Positions 50,837-60,054 of a stretch of DNA of 64,000 nt are shown in pieces. The notes beneath the pieces were generated by a model. That model saw only the letters and a program-made list of their open reading frames with translations. It was not told the origin of the DNA and did no database searches. The translations under genes were made by a program, and so were the position numbers. Every line of letters starts with the position of its first letter. Positions within the stretch are counted from its first letter, which is position 1. The DNA is from Calditrichaceae bacterium (lineage in GTDB: Bacteria; Calditrichota; Calditrichia; Calditrichales; JBFXGD01): positions 200,133 to 264,132 of the forward strand of contig JBFXLE010000004.1 in assembly GCA_050173015.1 (NCBI GenBank), in the 5' to 3' direction.

Positions 50837-53222
50837 TCTGAATTTAAAAGCAACCATAGCGATCTTTAATTTGCTTGCCGTGACTATCTTATTCGCCGCG
50901 GGAAACAAAGGACATATCGGCGGTATGGTTTCCGATAAACGGACGCTGCAGCCCCTGGCCGGCGCGAATATAGTCATTGAAAGTCTCGGCAGCGGGGCGG
51001 CAACCGATACTGACGGTCATTTTTCCATTTTAAATCTGGAACCCGGGAGCTACAATATCGACGTGTACTATCTCGGATACAAGACGCTTAAAAAGGGGAA
51101 TGTAATCGTCAATCCAAACCGCACTACGGTTTTGGAACTGGTGATGGACGAAGACCTTCTCGAAAGCGAAACCATTGACGTAACGGCAAGCTATTTCGAC
51201 AAACCGAAAAACGCGGTTGTCAGCGCCCGTTCAATGGATTTTGAGGAAATCCGCCGCAGTCCGGGGGATGTTCTGGATATACAGAGGGCGGTTCAGGCCC
51301 TGCCGGCAGTGGTATCGGGCAGTGATCAGCTTAATGAAATCATTATCCGCGGGGGGTATCCGGGTGAAAATCTGTTCATAATGGATAATATCGAAATTCC
51401 CAATCCGAATCATTTTGCGATCCAGGGAGCCGGGGGCGGGCCGATTAACATGCTCAACAGCTATATGGTTCGTAATGTGGATTTCTACGCGGGAGCGTTT
51501 TCCGCGAAATATGGGGATAAGGCCTCATCTGTCATGGATATATCCCTTCGAAACGGATCCACCGAGCGGTTTCGGGCTGAAGGCAGTCTGGGAATGGCCG
51601 GTGTAGGCGGTCTTATCGAAGGACCGGTCTCGGACGTGGGCAGTTACATTTTTTCAGCCAGAAAAAGTTATCTTGATCTAATCATTTCTTCAACCGGTCT
51701 GACTGCGGTTCCTCATTACTACAATCTACAGGGGAAAATGACACTGAATCTGAATCCAAAGAACACTTTATTTTTTAATGCTGTATACGGACGTGACAGG
51801 ATAAATATTGAAGATGAGGAAGAAGCCGGTTATGGGCGCGGCGCGGAAAATGTAAATACACATAACAGCCAGACCATTGCCGGTCTGACTCTCCGAACTT
51901 TCTGGGCGAAAAAACTTTATTCCTTCACTACTTTATCGGCGGTTCAAAATGACTATGATGTGGATGTGTATGAGTTCAGGCCGGAAAGACACACGTTTTT
52001 CACCAATCGTTCAAAGGAAACAGAATACACATTCAAGTCAGATTTTGTATATCAGTTGAGTAAACATATTGAGTTTGATTTCGGCGCCTCGGTTAAGCAG
52101 CTTAATTTTGATTATGATGTCTGGTCGGAAGCGGATACTCTGTTTCTTTATGATCCGGGAACATCAAATTCTGATTCAGCAATCGGTATTTTCCGGGCCT
52201 ATCCGGAATATTTAATTGATCAAAATGAGAAAACGTATAAAAGCGCGGGATACTTACAGGCATCCGTGGATTTAATAAAAAAATTCCGCTTAACCGGCGG
52301 CCTGCGTTATGATTATTTTGATTATAATAATTTTAGCTCAGTCAGTCCGCGTACAGGTCTGTCTTATTTTTTTAGTCCTAAAACCACATTCAATCTGGCT
52401 TACGGCAAACATTTTCAGTCACCCGCCTATGTTGAACTTGCCGCGAACATTAATAATAACAAATTAAAAAGCAAATACACCGATCAGTATGTGGTTGGCA
52501 TTGAACATCTTTTCCGGGATGATATGAAACTTGTGGTCGAGGCTTATTATAAAACTTACAAAGATCTGGCAGTAAAGAAGACTTTGACGACGCCCGATCC
52601 ATATGATTATGATGACGGGACCTATCTCAATGCCGGCAAAGGCGATTCAAAAGGAATTGAATTTTTTTTCCAGAAAAAACTGACCCGCAGTTTCTCAACC
52701 ATTATTAGTTATTCCCACTCCATTTCACAGGCGGAAGATCCAAGGTACGGTACAAAATTTGACTGGGATTATGATTACAGAAATGTATTCACGTTTATTA
52801 CCGGGTACAAATTCCGGTGGATGAATGATAAATGGTACCGCGATTTAAAAAATAAATGGTGGTTCCACGGTTTTTCATGGCTGCCTATCGCTCCGGCTGA
52901 TGAATTGGAAATCAGTATGAAATTCAGATATCTGGGCGGCCGTCCTTATACACCGCCTGTCTATCATCCGGAACTGCAGGAATGGGTGGTGGAAGAACAG
53001 CAGATTCTCAATCCGGAGCGGTATCCTGAATATCATCGTCTGGATTTGCGAATCGACCGCCGGTTTATTTTCAATTCCTGGAATCTGGTTGTATTTTTTG
53101 ATATCATGAATATTTACGGACGGGATAATATCTGGAGTTATCAGTATAATGACGACGGCACCAGAGAACGGGTGCTTCAGTACGAAACCTTACCGATCGG
53201 CGGTGTTTCCATCGAATTTTAA
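50811..53222 (+). CDS. TonB-dependent receptor 2 (paralog of receptor 1)
   Basis: Same architecture as receptor 1; RGG.P.EN....NIEIPN.NHF; C-terminal IEF. Start inferred at ATG 50811. Confidence 0.9.
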   Translation: MENFLIKFNLNLKATIAIFNLLAVTILFAAGNKGHIGGMVSDKRTLQPLAGANIVIESLGSGAATDTDGHFSILNLEPGSYNIDVYYLGYKTLKKGNVIVNPNRTTVLELVMDEDLLESETIDVTASYFDKPKNAVVSARSMDFEEIRRSPGDVLDIQRAVQALPAVVSGSDQLNEIIIRGGYPGENLFIMDNIEIPNPNHFAIQGAGGGPINMLNSYMVRNVDFYAGAFSAKYGDKASSVMDISLRNGSTERFRAEGSLGMAGVGGLIEGPVSDVGSYIFSARKSYLDLIISSTGLTAVPHYYNLQGKMTLNLNPKNTLFFNAVYGRDRINIEDEEEAGYGRGAENVNTHNSQTIAGLTLRTFWAKKLYSFTTLSAVQNDYDVDVYEFRPERHTFFTNRSKETEYTFKSDFVYQLSKHIEFDFGASVKQLNFDYDVWSEADTLFLYDPGTSNSDSAIGIFRAYPEYLIDQNEKTYKSAGYLQASVDLIKKFRLTGGLRYDYFDYNNFSSVSPRTGLSYFFSPKTTFNLAYGKHFQSPAYVELAANINNNKLKSKYTDQYVVGIEHLFRDDMKLVVEAYYKTYKDLAVKKTLTTPDPYDYDDGTYLNAGKGDSKGIEFFFQKKLTRSFSTIISYSHSISQAEDPRYGTKFDWDYDYRNVFTFITGYKFRWMNDKWYRDLKNKWWFHGFSWLPIAPADELEISMKFRYLGGRPYTPPVYHPELQEWVVEEQQILNPERYPEYHRLDLRIDRRFIFNSWNLVVFFDIMNIYGRDNIWSYQYNDDGTRERVLQYETLPIGGVSIEF

Positions 53223-53338
53223 TTTCGAATTGATACGCGTCATGAGTCCGATGTTGCAATGTCCTCCGGAACTTTTATAGGTTTTATTCGTGTTGTAGTT
53301 TTTAAATATCTTGTCAAATTCGGAAACGGGATAATAAA

Positions 53339-54091
53339 ATGGCTTCATCAGAAAACGGTATCTGGAATGAATCCTTCAAAGTTAGGGCTTATGAAGTGGA
53401 CCCGACCGGCAGAGCGACGATTCAATCCATCTGCAATTATTTTCAGGAAACAGCCGGAAATCACGCGTCGGACCTGGGTGTGTCGGTCGATACGCTGATC
53501 AAAAAAGGTTTGACCTGGGTGTTGTCAAGGCTGCATGTACAAGTCACCAAATATCCTTTCTGGCGGCAGGATGTACGTCTGGAAACCTGGCCTTCGGGTT
53601 TGGACCATTTGTATGCCACACGCGATTTTAAATTATTCAACGAAGCCGGTCAGCTGATCAGTATAGGGACCAGTTCGTGGATGTTGCTTGATATCGCCGC
53701 GCGAAAACCGATCCGGATGCCTGATTTTATGAAGGAGATCAGAAAAAACACCGGCGGAAGGGCTTTGCCTGACGACTTTGACAAATTACCGCAAATGGAA
53801 CGGACGGATCATGAAACCCTGTTTAATGTCAGGTTGAGTGATTTGGATATGAATCAGCATGTCAACAATGTAAATTATATTGAGTGGGGACTTGAATCGG
53901 TTCCCACAGAGTTCCGGGACACGCGTCATCTTGCCGGCATGGAAGTGAGCTTTCGCGCTGAAAGCGTTTATGGTGACCGGGTGATTTCCAGAAGTGAAAT
54001 ACGTGATGAGAACACTCTGATTCACCGGCTGATTCGGGAAGGGGATGAAAGGGAACTGGCACAGATGCGTACCAAATGGATCAAAAAATAG
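53339..54091 (+). CDS. Acyl-ACP thioesterase (FatA-like double hotdog)
   Basis: VRAYEVD, QE.A..HA, WVLSR and DLDMNQHVNNV.Y..W motifs. Confidence 0.9.
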   Translation: MASSENGIWNESFKVRAYEVDPTGRATIQSICNYFQETAGNHASDLGVSVDTLIKKGLTWVLSRLHVQVTKYPFWRQDVRLETWPSGLDHLYATRDFKLFNEAGQLISIGTSSWMLLDIAARKPIRMPDFMKEIRKNTGGRALPDDFDKLPQMERTDHETLFNVRLSDLDMNQHVNNVNYIEWGLESVPTEFRDTRHLAGMEVSFRAESVYGDRVISRSEIRDENTLIHRLIREGDERELAQMRTKWIKK

Positions 54092-54093
54092 AC

Positions 54094-54130
54094 AAAAAAA
54101 TCCCCCGCGGATTATTGTCCGTGGGGGATT
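54094..54130. terminator. Bidirectional terminator
   Basis: Stem AATCCCCCGCGGA / TCCGTGGGGGATT with an A7 tract; lies between convergent genes. Confidence 0.8.
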
Positions 54131-54147
54131 AAAATGCATAAAACCTG

Positions 54148-55332
54148 TCAGATTAAATTGAGCGCCTGATCAAGGTCTGCCATAATTTCTTCCATGTCTT
54201 CAACGCCCACAGAAAGCCGAACAAGCCCGTCTGTAATTCCTGCCTGCTGCCTTAATTCAGGAGACATCCCCGCGTGTGTCATGGACGCCGGATGTTGGAT
54301 AAGGGTTTCAACGCCGCCGAGACTTACAGCCAACTGGCATAAATGTACATTATTCATAACCGTTTTTCCGCCTTCAATCCCGCCGGTAACCTCAAAACTT
54401 ATCATCGCGCTGAAATCACTCATCTGCTTCTTTGCGAGTTCATGCTGCGGATGGGATTTTAATCCGGGATACAAAACTTTTTGCACCTTTGGGTGAGATT
54501 CGAGAAATTCGGCAATTCTGCGCGCGTTCCTTGAATGACGTTCCATACGCATGGCGAGTGTCTTGATGCCCCGGTGAACGAGAAAAGAATTCATCGGATC
54601 CAGCACGCCGCCGGTAAGATTGAGTGTTCCCCTAAGTTTTAGATAGCTTTCTTCGGTATCGGTGACGATCATACCCGCCACCACATCGGCGTGGCCATTC
54701 AGAAATTTAGTCATGCTGTGCACAACGATATTGACTCCGTGTTTCAGGGGTTTTTGCAGAATAGGGCTGGCGAATGTGTTATCTACTACATGCAACGCTT
54801 TTATTTTTCGGGCGATTTCGCTGATTCCGGCCAGATCCGAGACACAAAGAGTGGGGTTGCCCGGGGTTTCGATATAGATCATCTTTGTGTTTGGTTTTAC
54901 CGCGGCTTCCACAAGAGAAAGATCACTTGAATCAACGAAAGAGGTTTCCACCCCAAATTTCTCAAAAAGAGTGCTCAGGAGTGTTGTCGTAGGGCCGTAA
55001 ACCGATTCGGAGCAGATCACATGATCGCCTTTTTGTAGATAGGCAGCGAAGACCGTGTGGATAGCCGCCATCCCGCTGGCGCAGGCAAGTCCCTTATGTC
55101 CCTGCTCAAGCTGAGCGACAGCATTCTCAAGCGCTTCGACCGTCGGATTGCTCATACGCGTGTAAATATAGCCTTCTTCTTTTTTTGCGAAGAGCGCCGC
55201 GCCGTGATCGGTGTTTTTAAATTTAAAAGTGGATGTCTGATAAATTGGTGTCGCTACCGCGAGATGTTCATTATCGGTCATGCCGGCATGAACGCTTTTA
55301 GTGGCGTCGGTGTAATTCATGTCAGTTTTCAA
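54148..55332 (-). CDS. megL: Methionine gamma-lyase / Cys-Met metabolism PLP enzyme
   Basis: PIYQTSTF, YTR..NPT, SGMAAI, ETPGNP, DNTF, HSMTKFLNGH.D, AVSLG..ETLIQHPASMTH. It has YGPT where canonical MGL has YGC, so specificity is uncertain. Confidence 0.7.
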   Translation of the reverse strand: MKTDMNYTDATKSVHAGMTDNEHLAVATPIYQTSTFKFKNTDHGAALFAKKEEGYIYTRMSNPTVEALENAVAQLEQGHKGLACASGMAAIHTVFAAYLQKGDHVICSESVYGPTTTLLSTLFEKFGVETSFVDSSDLSLVEAAVKPNTKMIYIETPGNPTLCVSDLAGISEIARKIKALHVVDNTFASPILQKPLKHGVNIVVHSMTKFLNGHADVVAGMIVTDTEESYLKLRGTLNLTGGVLDPMNSFLVHRGIKTLAMRMERHSRNARRIAEFLESHPKVQKVLYPGLKSHPQHELAKKQMSDFSAMISFEVTGGIEGGKTVMNNVHLCQLAVSLGGVETLIQHPASMTHAGMSPELRQQAGITDGLVRLSVGVEDMEEIMADLDQALNLI

Positions 55333-55428
55333 AATGTCTCCTCAATATTTCAAGGTTCGAAGTTATAATTCTGTCGCCTCTAATATAAGGAATAAATTCA
55401 CTTAATATAAACCTTTTTCAGGAATGGA

Positions 55429-55530
55429 AAAGTAGGAAGTAAGAAGTGAGAAGTAGGAAGTAAGAAGTAAGAAGTAGGAAGGAAGAATTAAGAAAAAAGA
55501 TAAAAGACAAAAGAATAAAGATTTAAGAAT
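55429..55530. repeat. Heptamer tandem repeat (AAGTARG)n decaying into a purine-rich tract
   Basis: Read directly from the sequence; same unit as at 9097. Confidence 0.8.
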
Positions 55531-55962
55531 TGGAAATGGGGGTATGGGGTGTGTGGCAGAATTGGAATAGAAAAAAAGATAAAATATGGCCGCGGCAAAG
55601 GAGTCAGTTAGTTACGGGACGTTTCAGTGGTATAGAAATCAGTATTCTTTGGTAAAAAATAATTGGTGTTCCGGCCGAAATCCTGTGTAAAGCATGGAAT
55701 AAAAATATTATGATAGGTTGAAAATAAACAATTTGCCATAATTGGAATGTGGCGTTTTTTTGTATAATTATAAATGTTGATGCATATATAAAACATGGAT
55801 AGGTAAGTTACATAAATTCAATAATTTAATTAGTGGGGGGTTGTCTCCGATAATGGTTGCTTTTGTTTACGGCTCATTTTATATTAAAGCATTCATTTGT
55901 TGAATTTAAAGTCAATAATATTCACCTGTCTTTCATAGACCCATCCAAGATGGAGGATCGTT

Positions 55963-57594
55963 ATGTCCAATGCCTTTTTCAAAGTACCCGTTCCATCTAA
56001 TGAACCGGTCAAAAATTATGCTCCCGGTAGTCCGGAAAAAGCGGAATTGAAAAAAAAGCTCGCTGAATTAAAGTCTAAACAGATTGAAATACCGATTGTG
56101 ATCGGCGGCAAGGAAATCAAAACCGGAAAAACGGCTGAAATTACAGCGCCCCATGATCATTCTCTCGTTCTGGGCAAATATCATAAAGCCGGCGCGGAAG
56201 AAGTGACTCTGGCCATAGATGCTGCTCTGAAAGCGCGTCAGGAATGGGCGGATATGCCCTGGGAACAACGGGTTTCCATATTTCTAAAAGCAGCAGAATT
56301 ACTCGCGGGTCCGTGGCGATCCACTATTAACGCCGCCACCATGCTTGGTCAGTCCAAGACGGTATATCAGGCAGAAATAGATTCCGCTTGTGAGCTGATC
56401 GATTTCTGGAGATTCAACGCCTATTATATGAGTCAGTTAATGGCGGATCAGCCGGAATCCTCAGCGGGAATGTGGAACCGGATGGAATATCGTCCGCTGG
56501 AAGGATTTGTTTTTGCGATTACCCCATTCAATTTTACTTCAATCGCCGGTAATTTGCCGACCGCCCCTGCAATGGTTGGAAATGTTGCCTTATGGAAACC
56601 GGCGTCAAGCGCGGTTTATTCAGCATATTTTCTGATGAAATTGCTTGAAGAAGCCGGACTTCCAAAAGGAGTTATCAATTTTGTGCCGGGTTCAGGCGGA
56701 CAAGTCGGCAATCCCGTGATGGCGAGTCCCGATCTGGCCGGAATCCATTTCACTGGATCAACCGAAGTGTTCCAAAATATGTGGAAAACGATTGGAAATA
56801 ATATTCATAAAGCAAAATATTATCCGCGTATTGTCGGTGAGACCGGCGGAAAAGACTTTATTTTCGCGCATAATACCGCGGATGTAGATGGATTGGTAGT
56901 CGCGGCGCTTCGCGGCGCGTTTGAGTATCAGGGGCAAAAATGTTCGGCCGCTTCGCGGATGTACATTCCCAAATCTATCTGGGCCGATTTTAAGAATAAG
57001 TATACCTCTGAAGTTTCCAAAATAAAAATGGGTGATCCTGAAGATTTCACGAATTTTATGTGCGCCGTTATTGATAAAGGCGCATTTGAGAGTATCAAAT
57101 CGTACGTTGATTTCGCCAGGGCTTCATCTGAGGCTGAAATAATTACGGGCGGCGGATGCGATGATTCTAAAGGGTATTTTATTGAGCCAACCACTATCGT
57201 GACAACGAATCCAAAATTCAAATCCATGGAAGAAGAAATTTTTGGACCGGTGTTGACGATATATGTATATGAAGATAACAAATTCGATGAAGCGCTTGAA
57301 TTGTGTGACACTACATCGATGTACGCGTTAACCGGGGCGATTTGGTCGCAGGATCGTCAAATACTCATCAAAATGGCCGACAAATTAAGAAACGCGGCAG
57401 GAAACTTTTATGTAAATGATAAGCCAACCGCGGCCGTTGTGGGTCAACAACCATTCGGAGGAGGACGCGCCTCGGGTACAAACGATAAGGCCGGAAGCGC
57501 GATGAATATCTTGCGATGGATGACCGCCAGAACGATCAAAGAAACGTTTGTTCCGCCGCATGACTGGCGTTACCCGTTTTTGAATGAAAAATAA
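55963..57594 (+). CDS. pruA: L-glutamate gamma-semialdehyde (P5C) dehydrogenase
   Basis: QAEIDSACELIDF, PFNFTSIAGNL, GETGGKDF, FEYQGQKCSA and GTNDKAGS motifs. Confidence 0.95.
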   Translation: MSNAFFKVPVPSNEPVKNYAPGSPEKAELKKKLAELKSKQIEIPIVIGGKEIKTGKTAEITAPHDHSLVLGKYHKAGAEEVTLAIDAALKARQEWADMPWEQRVSIFLKAAELLAGPWRSTINAATMLGQSKTVYQAEIDSACELIDFWRFNAYYMSQLMADQPESSAGMWNRMEYRPLEGFVFAITPFNFTSIAGNLPTAPAMVGNVALWKPASSAVYSAYFLMKLLEEAGLPKGVINFVPGSGGQVGNPVMASPDLAGIHFTGSTEVFQNMWKTIGNNIHKAKYYPRIVGETGGKDFIFAHNTADVDGLVVAALRGAFEYQGQKCSAASRMYIPKSIWADFKNKYTSEVSKIKMGDPEDFTNFMCAVIDKGAFESIKSYVDFARASSEAEIITGGGCDDSKGYFIEPTTIVTTNPKFKSMEEEIFGPVLTIYVYEDNKFDEALELCDTTSMYALTGAIWSQDRQILIKMADKLRNAAGNFYVNDKPTAAVVGQQPFGGGRASGTNDKAGSAMNILRWMTARTIKETFVPPHDWRYPFLNEK

Positions 57595-57608
57595 ATAATC
57601 ATTTTTGG

Positions 57609-57634
57609 AAAGGGGGCGAAAGCCCCTTTTTTTT
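57609..57634 (+). terminator. Rho-independent terminator
   Basis: GGGGC-GAAA-GCCCC followed by T8. Confidence 0.9.
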
Positions 57635-57856
57635 ATTTGAAAACATCTCCCGTTTTTTAGTTTTGTGGACTGCCCGGTATTTAACCGGTATTGGTCATCG
57701 CCTGATTTGGGCTGAAGCCCGGGTTTTGTGTGGTTTGTTTGAGACCGCCTCATATTTGATTTGATTACAATCCCAGATTTTTAGTTTTTTTTATGTTTCC
57801 GGATAAAAAACATCAATTATTAAAATGATTGAATTTGTTGTTTTAATATATTAATT

Positions 57857-57875
57857 TGTTACAGTAACTATAACA
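57857..57875. promoter_or_regulatory. Inverted repeat, probable Rrf2 operator
   Basis: TGTTACAGT-A-ACTATAACA (8/9 symmetric), 10 nt before the Rrf2 ATG. Confidence 0.6.
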
Positions 57876-57885
57876 TATAGGCATT

Positions 57886-58302
57886 ATGTCAGCTTCAACC
57901 AAAATGTCAACCGCCGTAAAAGCATTGTGTTTTTTGGCCGGATCTCCGGATCAACCGAAGACAAGCGGTGAAATAGCGTCAGATATCGGTGTGAACGCTT
58001 CCAAGCTCAGAAGGATACTCTCCATGCTTGTCAAAAGCGGGATTGTGGAGAGTACACAGGGAACGAGCGGCGGATTTATTATCATAAAGGATATGAGAAG
58101 AATTCATCTGCAGGAGATTTACTGTGCGGTTGAAGACCAAAAGGCATTTCATCTGGATGTAACAAATAGTAACGGGAAACAGGGGGCAGAGTCGGCAAAA
58201 GTGAATCAATTTTTTCTGAATCTCTTTTCTGAGATACAGATTGATATTGAAAATAAAATGCGCAATATATCACTGCACGATATTGTTGAGTCTGGTAAGT
58301 AA
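57886..58302 (+). CDS. Rrf2 family transcriptional regulator
   Basis: TS.EIA...VN...LRRIL..L...GIV.S..G..GGF and I.L.EIY.AVE motifs. The three-Cys Fe-S motif is absent. Confidence 0.9.
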   Translation: MSASTKMSTAVKALCFLAGSPDQPKTSGEIASDIGVNASKLRRILSMLVKSGIVESTQGTSGGFIIIKDMRRIHLQEIYCAVEDQKAFHLDVTNSNGKQGAESAKVNQFFLNLFSEIQIDIENKMRNISLHDIVESGK

Positions 58303-58368
58303 TCATTGCCGGGAAGGCATAATTACATAAATTTAAATCATCCTAAAATGTAAAAGGAGAGGTGTGTT

Positions 58369-59901
58369 ATGGAATTCTTGAAAGTTTTGGGGATCAAAGA
58401 TAAAAACTTTGGTTCGTCAACCGGCTTAAAATGGAATGAAACTACGGATCAGGGTGAGCTAAAAATACATTCACCGGCAACGGGAGAATACATCGCTTCG
58501 GTCTATCAGGCGTCTGAAAAGGATTACGATAAAATAGTAGAACAAGCAGAAAAATCATTTAAATTCTGGCGTACCGTCCCGGCTCCGAAGCGCGGTGAGA
58601 TTGTTCGTCAAATCGGTTTGAAGTTAAGAGAATATAAAGAACCTCTTGGCACACTGGTTTCACTGGAGATGGGGAAATCCCTGCAGGAAGGTCTTGGTGA
58701 AGTGCAGGAAATGATTGATATTTGCGACTTCGCGGTGGGACAGTCACGTCAATTGTACGGTTTTACCATGCAGTCTGAACGTCCGAATCACAGAATGTAT
58801 GATCAGTATCACCCACTGGGCATTGTAGTTACGATTTCAGCATTTAATTTTCCGGTTGCCGTATGGTCCTGGAACGCAATGATTGCCGCGGTTGCGGGGG
58901 ATGTGAATATCTGGAAACCGGCATCAAAGGTACCTTTGACCGCCATAGCGTGCCAGAACATTCTCCGTGATGTATTGAAAGAGAACGATATTCCTGAAGG
59001 CATTTTTAACCTGATTGTCGGGAAGGGATCAACAATCGGTGAGAAAATACTGAATGATAAAAGAATCCCGTTAGTCTCCCTTACCGGCTCAACTTCAGTC
59101 GGTCGTCATGCCGCTCAGGTTATATCAAAAAGATTGGGCCGTTATATCCTCGAATTAGGTGGCAATAACGCCATCATTTTAACACCGGACGCCGATTTAA
59201 AAATGGCCATGCCGGCCATCGTATTCGGGGCTGTCGGGACAGCCGGACAGCGCTGCACAAGCACCAGACGTCTTATTATTCATGAGTCGATCTATGATAA
59301 GGTCAGGGAATCATTGGTGAAAGCATATTCAGGATTAAGAATCGGCAATCCGCTGGACGCGGCTAATCATGTCGGCCCGCTTATCGATAAAAGCGCGGTG
59401 GAGACAATGCAGAGCGCGCTTGAAGAGGTCAAAAAAGCAGGTGGGAAAATTATATTTGGCGGTGAAGTGCTTTCAGGAAGTGGATACAAGTCCGGTTGTT
59501 ATGTGAAACCCGCGATTGTCGAGGCGGAGAATCACTTTGAGATCGTTCAGGAAGAGACATTCGCCCCGATTCTTTATCTTATCAAATACAAAGGCGATGT
59601 AAATAATGCCATTGAACTACAAAACGGTGTTGTACAGGGGCTCTCTTCAGCGATATTTACAAAAGATATGCGGGACGCCGAAACATTTTTATCAGCATGG
59701 GGATCGGATTGCGGTATCGCCAACGTCAATATCGGTACATCCGGCGCCGAAATCGGCGGCGCGTTTGGCGGTGAGAAAGAAACGGGCGGAGGCCGGGAAT
59801 CGGGCTCAGACGCCTGGAAAGCCTATATGCGCCGACAAACCAATACCATCAATTACGGTACTGAGCTGCCATTGGCGCAGGGAATCAAATTCGATATTTA
59901 G
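58369..59901 (+). CDS. ALDH7-family aldehyde dehydrogenase (piperideine-6-carboxylate dehydrogenase-like)
   Basis: GEVQEMIDICDFAVG.SRQLYG, AFNFPVAVW.WN, GTAGQRCT and GRESGSDAWKAYMRRQT motifs. Confidence 0.92.
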   Translation: MEFLKVLGIKDKNFGSSTGLKWNETTDQGELKIHSPATGEYIASVYQASEKDYDKIVEQAEKSFKFWRTVPAPKRGEIVRQIGLKLREYKEPLGTLVSLEMGKSLQEGLGEVQEMIDICDFAVGQSRQLYGFTMQSERPNHRMYDQYHPLGIVVTISAFNFPVAVWSWNAMIAAVAGDVNIWKPASKVPLTAIACQNILRDVLKENDIPEGIFNLIVGKGSTIGEKILNDKRIPLVSLTGSTSVGRHAAQVISKRLGRYILELGGNNAIILTPDADLKMAMPAIVFGAVGTAGQRCTSTRRLIIHESIYDKVRESLVKAYSGLRIGNPLDAANHVGPLIDKSAVETMQSALEEVKKAGGKIIFGGEVLSGSGYKSGCYVKPAIVEAENHFEIVQEETFAPILYLIKYKGDVNNAIELQNGVVQGLSSAIFTKDMRDAETFLSAWGSDCGIANVNIGTSGAEIGGAFGGEKETGGGRESGSDAWKAYMRRQTNTINYGTELPLAQGIKFDI

Positions 59902-59926
59902 AATAAAAAGACAAATAAATTATCTC

Positions 59927-59961
59927 AACGCCTCATAACCCGGATTATGAGGCGTTTTTTT
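59927..59961 (+). terminator. Rho-independent terminator
   Basis: Stem AACGCCTCATAA / TTATGAGGCGTT followed by a T-tract. Confidence 0.9.
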
Positions 59962-60054
59962 ATGATTCAGCAAACATTACCCTCATGATATTGTAAAATA
60001 CTGAAGCATAGGTTATATTCTCCTTTTTTAAAATTAGAAGACACCCGGGGGAAA

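Noticed and set aside
55333-55430. SAM riboswitch upstream of the methionine gamma-lyase-like gene
   Set aside because: No SAM-I core motifs are visible; the region is AT-rich and followed by heptamer repeats.
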